Shown here piece after piece: positions 59,659 to 64,000 of a stretch of DNA of 64,000 bases; position 1 is the first letter of the stretch; the number at the start of each line of letters is the position of its first letter. The position numbers and the translations under genes are program-made. Below the pieces are notes generated by a model. It had not been told where the DNA came from, made no database searches, and saw nothing but the letters and a program-made list of their open reading frames with translations. Source of the stretch: an uncultured Pseudobdellovibrionaceae bacterium (GTDB lineage: Bacteria; Bdellovibrionota; Bdellovibrionia; Bdellovibrionales; UBA1609); contig CAWDNU010000003.1 in the NCBI GenBank assembly GCA_963803705.1, positions 64,001-128,000 of the forward strand, written 5' to 3'.

Positions 59659-60434
59659 AGGTAAATCTCCTCACTCCATTTGAATTCTAAATAGTCACCT
59701 GAAGAATTAAAAGTTTTAAGAGTTGTTATTGGTTTTCGAAGATCTTCTAAATTTGTTACAAATATCTTTGATGTTTTATTATCTAGATTTTCTATTATTT
59801 TTTTATCTGAATTTAAGATTCTTCGTTTAATTTTTTCATCTTTTGTAAAGTACAAAACATTATGAACAGCAGGGTAGGCGTAGTAGTTACTTAAATATTC
59901 GTAGTATCTTTTAGTTGTTTTTTCTGAATTTTCATATTCAATGGCGAAGTTTATATTTTTATTGTTCCATTTGATTCCTAGCAAAGCGTCCGAGTGAAGA
60001 TCTTTGCAGGCCTCTATTGGGTAGATTTCGCTATCAATTAAACCAGATTCAATTTCATTCTCAGTGCCGTAAAAATCAAAGCATTCTATTTTTGATAGCA
60101 TATTTTTTAAGTCTAAAAGTATTATATCATGCTTTAGATTGCCTGATGTGATTTCACGACTGGTAATATCTTTACCTAAATCATAGACGCACCTTAATCC
60201 TTTTTTTGTCACATTTAAAACTCCAAATTGGACTCTATCAAAGTGTATATTTGTTTGTATTAGACCGAAGTCTCTAAGTTTTTGTGTTCGTCTATATACT
60301 CGCCTTTCGTTAGTATCTGGAAAAACATCACGATTGATCTGTCTAATAGTGGCTCCCTTGTTAGCAAACAAGTATTTAAATAGCTTTTCGTCACGCTCAG
60401 TTAGCTCTATTTTTTTATTTGTTGTCATGGCCAC
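59655..60434 (-). CDS. Replication-relaxation (Replic_Relax) family protein
   Basis: LTERDEKLFKYL winged helix, HD, SDALL...AIEYENSEK PD-(D/E)xK-like nuclease. Confidence 0.75.
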   Translation of the reverse strand: MAMTTNKKIELTERDEKLFKYLFANKGATIRQINRDVFPDTNERRVYRRTQKLRDFGLIQTNIHFDRVQFGVLNVTKKGLRCVYDLGKDITSREITSGNLKHDIILLDLKNMLSKIECFDFYGTENEIESGLIDSEIYPIEACKDLHSDALLGIKWNNKNINFAIEYENSEKTTKRYYEYLSNYYAYPAVHNVLYFTKDEKIKRRILNSDKKIIENLDNKTSKIFVTNLEDLRKPITTLKTFNSSGDYLEFKWSEEIYL

Positions 60435-61935
60435 TACCTTTTTTTAGATTCACCTCGAACATTAGATTTATGTCTTTTTGACGTTCAATAACTTCAGTCT
60501 TTTCTTCATCCCCAAGCATTGGTGCATTAAGCTTTCTTAATCCTTTTTTAAATTCGTTTTTAATATTGCTAATTCTATGACCTAGTTCCTCGTTACTTAA
60601 ATATGGTGTCTGGACTTCTACATTTAGTGCATTAAACTTATAAATCGCACGACCTTTAATGGCCGGAAGACATGAAGCACTTTTATTTCCAAGCACAGTA
60701 TTTGAACCACTTACAGATGGAACTTTAAAGCAAAGTCGTCCTAAAAGGTTTTCTTGAATTCTGGTATCTATAGTATGCGTTGTGATTTTTTGATTTCCTA
60801 AAACCATATTATATTTTGCGGCTCGACCAAGTTTTGCAATTTCATCTGCAAGTTCAATGGCTTTAATAGAAATATTCTTTTTAACTTTATCATGTTTAGA
60901 TAACGAAAAAAGCATGGAGCATTCATCAATCATAATTAATACATGATCTTTTTTTGTTTTCTCTAAATCTAAAGATTCGCCTTTACCTTGTGCTGTAAGC
61001 TTAAGTCTTAAAGTCATCTCATTTTTTAGAGTATCTAAAATTGCGTTTGATTGAGTCAGATCTTTGTACAGTCTAACGTTAGGTAAGTCTTGAAAATTTT
61101 TAAAAGATATTCCTTCTTTAAAGTCAAAAATATAAACTTGTAGATTTGGGGTGTTTTCTAATAAACCTAATGTCATCTGTTTTAGAAAATAACTTTTACC
61201 ATAACCCGTTGATCCTGCGACAAGCATATGCGGATAAGATGAGATATTTTCAACTAAATCACCAGATTTGGATCTGCCAATTATAATATCCCCAGGTTTA
61301 TTTGCTAATCCGCATAGTTCTGAATAGGATATTTTTTTAGTTAATGGTTTTTTATTAAAAACCATTTCAACAACAGCAGGGTTGTCTTCTTGGGCTGAAA
61401 TGCTTTCAATGTGAGAATTGATTGAAGCTTTAAGACGACCTTCTGATTTTTTAAATTCATCTAGGCTTATGCCATTTGAATTGAGTTGAATATAAAATCT
61501 GTCTTTATTTATTTTTTGTACGTCGTTAATTTTTGGTGGCTTGTTGATGGAATTTTTAAGTCCAATTTCTTTAAAAGTAGATTTTAATTTCTTTATAAGC
61601 TTGGCACTTGGATACCCTAAGCGTAATGCAAAATATACAAATGTAATTGCAATTAGAATAAAAAAATCAAAATACCATGGTATTTTGTAAAGCGATTCGA
61701 CAAGATCTTTACTTGAAGTTTTTGTGACCCAGTCCCAAAGAAGACCTAATTGATAAAAGTGGGTGTTGTTAATTGCATACACAATACATACTAAAATAGC
61801 TAAAAATACATTAGACCAAAATGTTTTATTTGTATTTTCTAAATTTCTGAATGCATAGACTAAGGTGTCCTTAAAAATGAGCCATAGATCATAAAAGGCA
61901 TTATTTAGGTGGTTGTTTTTTGTTCTTGTACTCAT
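60415..61935 (-). CDS. FtsK/SpoIIIE-family membrane ATPase (TcpA-like coupling protein candidate)
   Basis: Two TM segments; PHMLVAGSTGYGKS Walker A, FDFKEG, LIMIDE Walker B, LGRAA..Q, KGRA. Confidence 0.88.
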   Translation of the reverse strand: MSTRTKNNHLNNAFYDLWLIFKDTLVYAFRNLENTNKTFWSNVFLAILVCIVYAINNTHFYQLGLLWDWVTKTSSKDLVESLYKIPWYFDFFILIAITFVYFALRLGYPSAKLIKKLKSTFKEIGLKNSINKPPKINDVQKINKDRFYIQLNSNGISLDEFKKSEGRLKASINSHIESISAQEDNPAVVEMVFNKKPLTKKISYSELCGLANKPGDIIIGRSKSGDLVENISSYPHMLVAGSTGYGKSYFLKQMTLGLLENTPNLQVYIFDFKEGISFKNFQDLPNVRLYKDLTQSNAILDTLKNEMTLRLKLTAQGKGESLDLEKTKKDHVLIMIDECSMLFSLSKHDKVKKNISIKAIELADEIAKLGRAAKYNMVLGNQKITTHTIDTRIQENLLGRLCFKVPSVSGSNTVLGNKSASCLPAIKGRAIYKFNALNVEVQTPYLSNEELGHRISNIKNEFKKGLRKLNAPMLGDEEKTEVIERQKDINLMFEVNLKKGSGHDNK

Positions 61936-61939
61936 AAAA

Positions 61940-62980
61940 TTATTTGTTCTCCATTTCTAATCTTTGATTTAAAGTTATGATGATAGGTCCACCGGCTTTA
62001 ATTCTGACGTATGGACCTTTACTTTGAAGTTCTTGAAGCTGAATTGCGCCCTCTGTTTGGGAAAATTCAGATAGACCACTTAGCATGGCATTTTTTAAGT
62101 TAGCTTTCTTGGTGACCTGCCCAAAACCACCCATTCCGCTAAGGCCTGAATTTAATTGTTGGGCTGACAGATCTTGGCTTAAGACTTCTCTTTCCTGAAG
62201 AGTCTCTGAAAATCCAGTTAAAAATGACAGTCCAGCGGTGGCGGCAACTCTATTTTTAAAAGCACTATGATACTTACCCATAATTCCAGGAGAAAAGTCA
62301 TTATAGTCTAAGGCTGAAGCTTGAAGTTGGACCTCTTCGCCACTAGGTAAGATCGCTAGACTAAAGTTTAAAAAGACTCTTTTACCTTGGGATGGGTATT
62401 CTGATTGGCCTAAGATTATAGTTTTTTTAGGCAAGATTGATTTACCCTGATAGTTTATTCCGTTGGTAAGTAAAACCCTTATAAGCTTTCCTGAAGAAAT
62501 TCTAGTGTCCACATCTGTCAGTAATTTTCCAATGGCACTTGTACCCGTGGGAAGATTTTTTGAAGTCATCTCGTCTTTTCTGACTATCACTTGAGTGGCC
62601 TTGTAATTAACTTTAATAGGACTTCTTTGAACTTTAGATGTTTTAACTTCATGAGAGGTTTTACTCCCATAATTTACACCTTTGATTTTAGTTCCGCTAT
62701 TAGGGTTTAAAGACACTCTTTCGCTGTCATTTAAATTATTACCTTCGTCTTCTTCGAACTGTGCTTTTTCGTAAAAGCTAGAATTAGAACTTGAACTCGT
62801 AAAAAAGCTAAAACCAATCATGGTTAAAAGTAAAAAGCTTCCAAAGTATTTAAAAACCTTAAATATTTTAAGCATTTTTTTTCCAGGAAAATCTTCTATA
62901 AATAATCTCAAGAATTGACTTTTAATATTAGAAATCAGTGTTTTAATTTTTAAGATTATAGCGGTTATATCTAATTTCAT
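61940..62980 (-). CDS. VirB10/TrbI/TraB-like conjugation protein
   Basis: TM + linker + LPTGT..GKL, ILPKKTIILG, RVFLNFS, PYVRIKAGGPIII. Confidence 0.8.
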   Translation of the reverse strand: MKLDITAIILKIKTLISNIKSQFLRLFIEDFPGKKMLKIFKVFKYFGSFLLLTMIGFSFFTSSSSNSSFYEKAQFEEDEGNNLNDSERVSLNPNSGTKIKGVNYGSKTSHEVKTSKVQRSPIKVNYKATQVIVRKDEMTSKNLPTGTSAIGKLLTDVDTRISSGKLIRVLLTNGINYQGKSILPKKTIILGQSEYPSQGKRVFLNFSLAILPSGEEVQLQASALDYNDFSPGIMGKYHSAFKNRVAATAGLSFLTGFSETLQEREVLSQDLSAQQLNSGLSGMGGFGQVTKKANLKNAMLSGLSEFSQTEGAIQLQELQSKGPYVRIKAGGPIIITLNQRLEMENK

Positions 62981-63705
62981 AAAAGATCTTTTTTAGAGAT
63001 TAATGTATAGCTATTTTTACCATTAAACTTAGCTCTTAAAGCAAGATTTTGAGCAGAGTTTAACTTAAAGAATATACGGAAACGAAAATGATCTAAATCT
63101 TTAAATGAATGAGTTTTATAATAGACCACTTCCATAATCTGATGGTGTTGTTTATCGCTAGTGATCCAAAAGTTTTTAAGCTTTGGTTTAGCATAATTTT
63201 TAGGCTGCGCTAGGCTTCCTGAAATCACATAGACTTCATTAAATTTATGATAAAATATTTTATTCACATAAATAGTGGCCAAGTTTACGTTAAAGCTTAT
63301 TGGCTTAAACGTATTTCCACCTTTTTCATCTAGGGGTCTGTATTTGCTTTTTGGTTGCGTCCAATAAACTTTAACTAAATCATCATAGGCAGAACAAAGA
63401 CAGCTTTTAATATGAAATCCATATCTTCTGTGTCCACTGTATATGAACAGATTGCTATTAACTTGAGAAAGTGGCTGAATGGTTACATCTGTCCCACTAA
63501 ATTCAATGTTAAAGTAATTTGAATTACCACTTATTACTTTTGTGGGCGTATCTAGAAATTGTAACACTGTTGATCGTCCTAAGGATAAAGTAATTGGAAT
63601 CATTTTATTATCATCACTTTCAACGGATCTAACTTTCGAAAAAGCAGTAGATGAAAAAAGAGTGATAGTTATAATTATTAGTCTAATAAACATTCTACTC
63701 CTCAA
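62977..63705 (-). CDS. VirB9/TrbG/TraK-like conjugation protein
   Basis: Signal peptide; ITLSLGRSTVLQF..P..VISGN..VTIQP..SNLFIY..RYGF. Confidence 0.75.
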   Translation of the reverse strand: MRSRMFIRLIIITITLFSSTAFSKVRSVESDDNKMIPITLSLGRSTVLQFLDTPTKVISGNSNYFNIEFSGTDVTIQPLSQVNSNLFIYSGHRRYGFHIKSCLCSAYDDLVKVYWTQPKSKYRPLDEKGGNTFKPISFNVNLATIYVNKIFYHKFNEVYVISGSLAQPKNYAKPKLKNFWITSDKQHHQIMEVVYYKTHSFKDLDHFRFRIFFKLNSAQNLALRAKFNGKNSYTLISKKDLL

Positions 63706-64000
63706 ACTCTGTGATTGAGTTTACATAAAGACCACGAGGGTTAAATTTATTTGAAGTTTCTTTTATAATTTCTAAAATCACTTTTATGGGTCTAACGGCC
63801 TTAACTTTATCTCCTACGGCCACAATTTGATCTAAATGAGCGATGACACTTCCATCTTCAGTCTTAATATCTTGAATGATGACATCTTGAGAGACTTTGT
63901 TTTTTTCAATAAAATTTTTGGACTCTTCAAGTTGAACAATTAGTTTTTTTAAAAACCCATAGGTCACAACTGGAGTTACATCTCTTACGATGGAATCGAC
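63695..64000 (-). CDS. VirB8/TrbF-like conjugation protein, 5' end outside the window
   Basis: Frame open to 64000; C-terminal NPRGLYV motif. Confidence 0.7.
   Translation of the reverse strand, partial: VDSIVRDVTPVVTYGFLKKLIVQLEESKNFIEKNKVSQDVIIQDIKTEDGSVIAHLDQIVAVGDKVKAVRPIKVILEIIKETSNKFNPRGLYVNSITEFEE

Larger units (their letters stand above)
56862..64000 (-). mobile_element. Integrative conjugative-like element (continues beyond the window)
   Basis: att + integrase + excisionase + Replic_Relax + FtsK ATPase + VirB10/B9/B8-like genes, all co-oriented. Confidence 0.8.

Overview
AT-rich bacterial accessory DNA with no core housekeeping genes. The many secreted proteases and lipoproteins and the sigma54-type promoters suggest a Bdellovibrionota-like host (inference). 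There are four blocks. (1) 1-21.2 kb is a mosaic of six different type II toxin-antitoxin operons alternating with secreted-protein genes, two near-identical umuD copies, a truncated umuC, an SRAP gene and two DUF5348 paralogues. It is punctuated by XerC/XerD dif-like 28-mers and a three-copy ~90-bp non-coding repeat that in two copies lies exactly 31 bp from a dif-like site, so it may be a Xer-assembled module array. (2) 21.3-44.3 kb is cargo: general-stress-type genes, a lytic transglycosylase/protease pair, an amine oxidase-DUF1365-cfa cluster and surface lipoproteins. (3) 44.4-56.8 kb holds an inactivated IS3 and a decaying regulatory module (sigma54 activator, ankyrin lipoprotein, histidine kinase) with T4SS-like paralogues, ending in arm-type repeats. 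(4) From 56.86 kb to the window end is a tRNA 3'-end att site and an integrative conjugative-like element. It pairs VirB8/9/10-like genes with an FtsK-type ATPase and a Replic_Relax protein; no VirD4 or HUH relaxase is visible in the window. Family names come from motif recognition only; no database searches were run.
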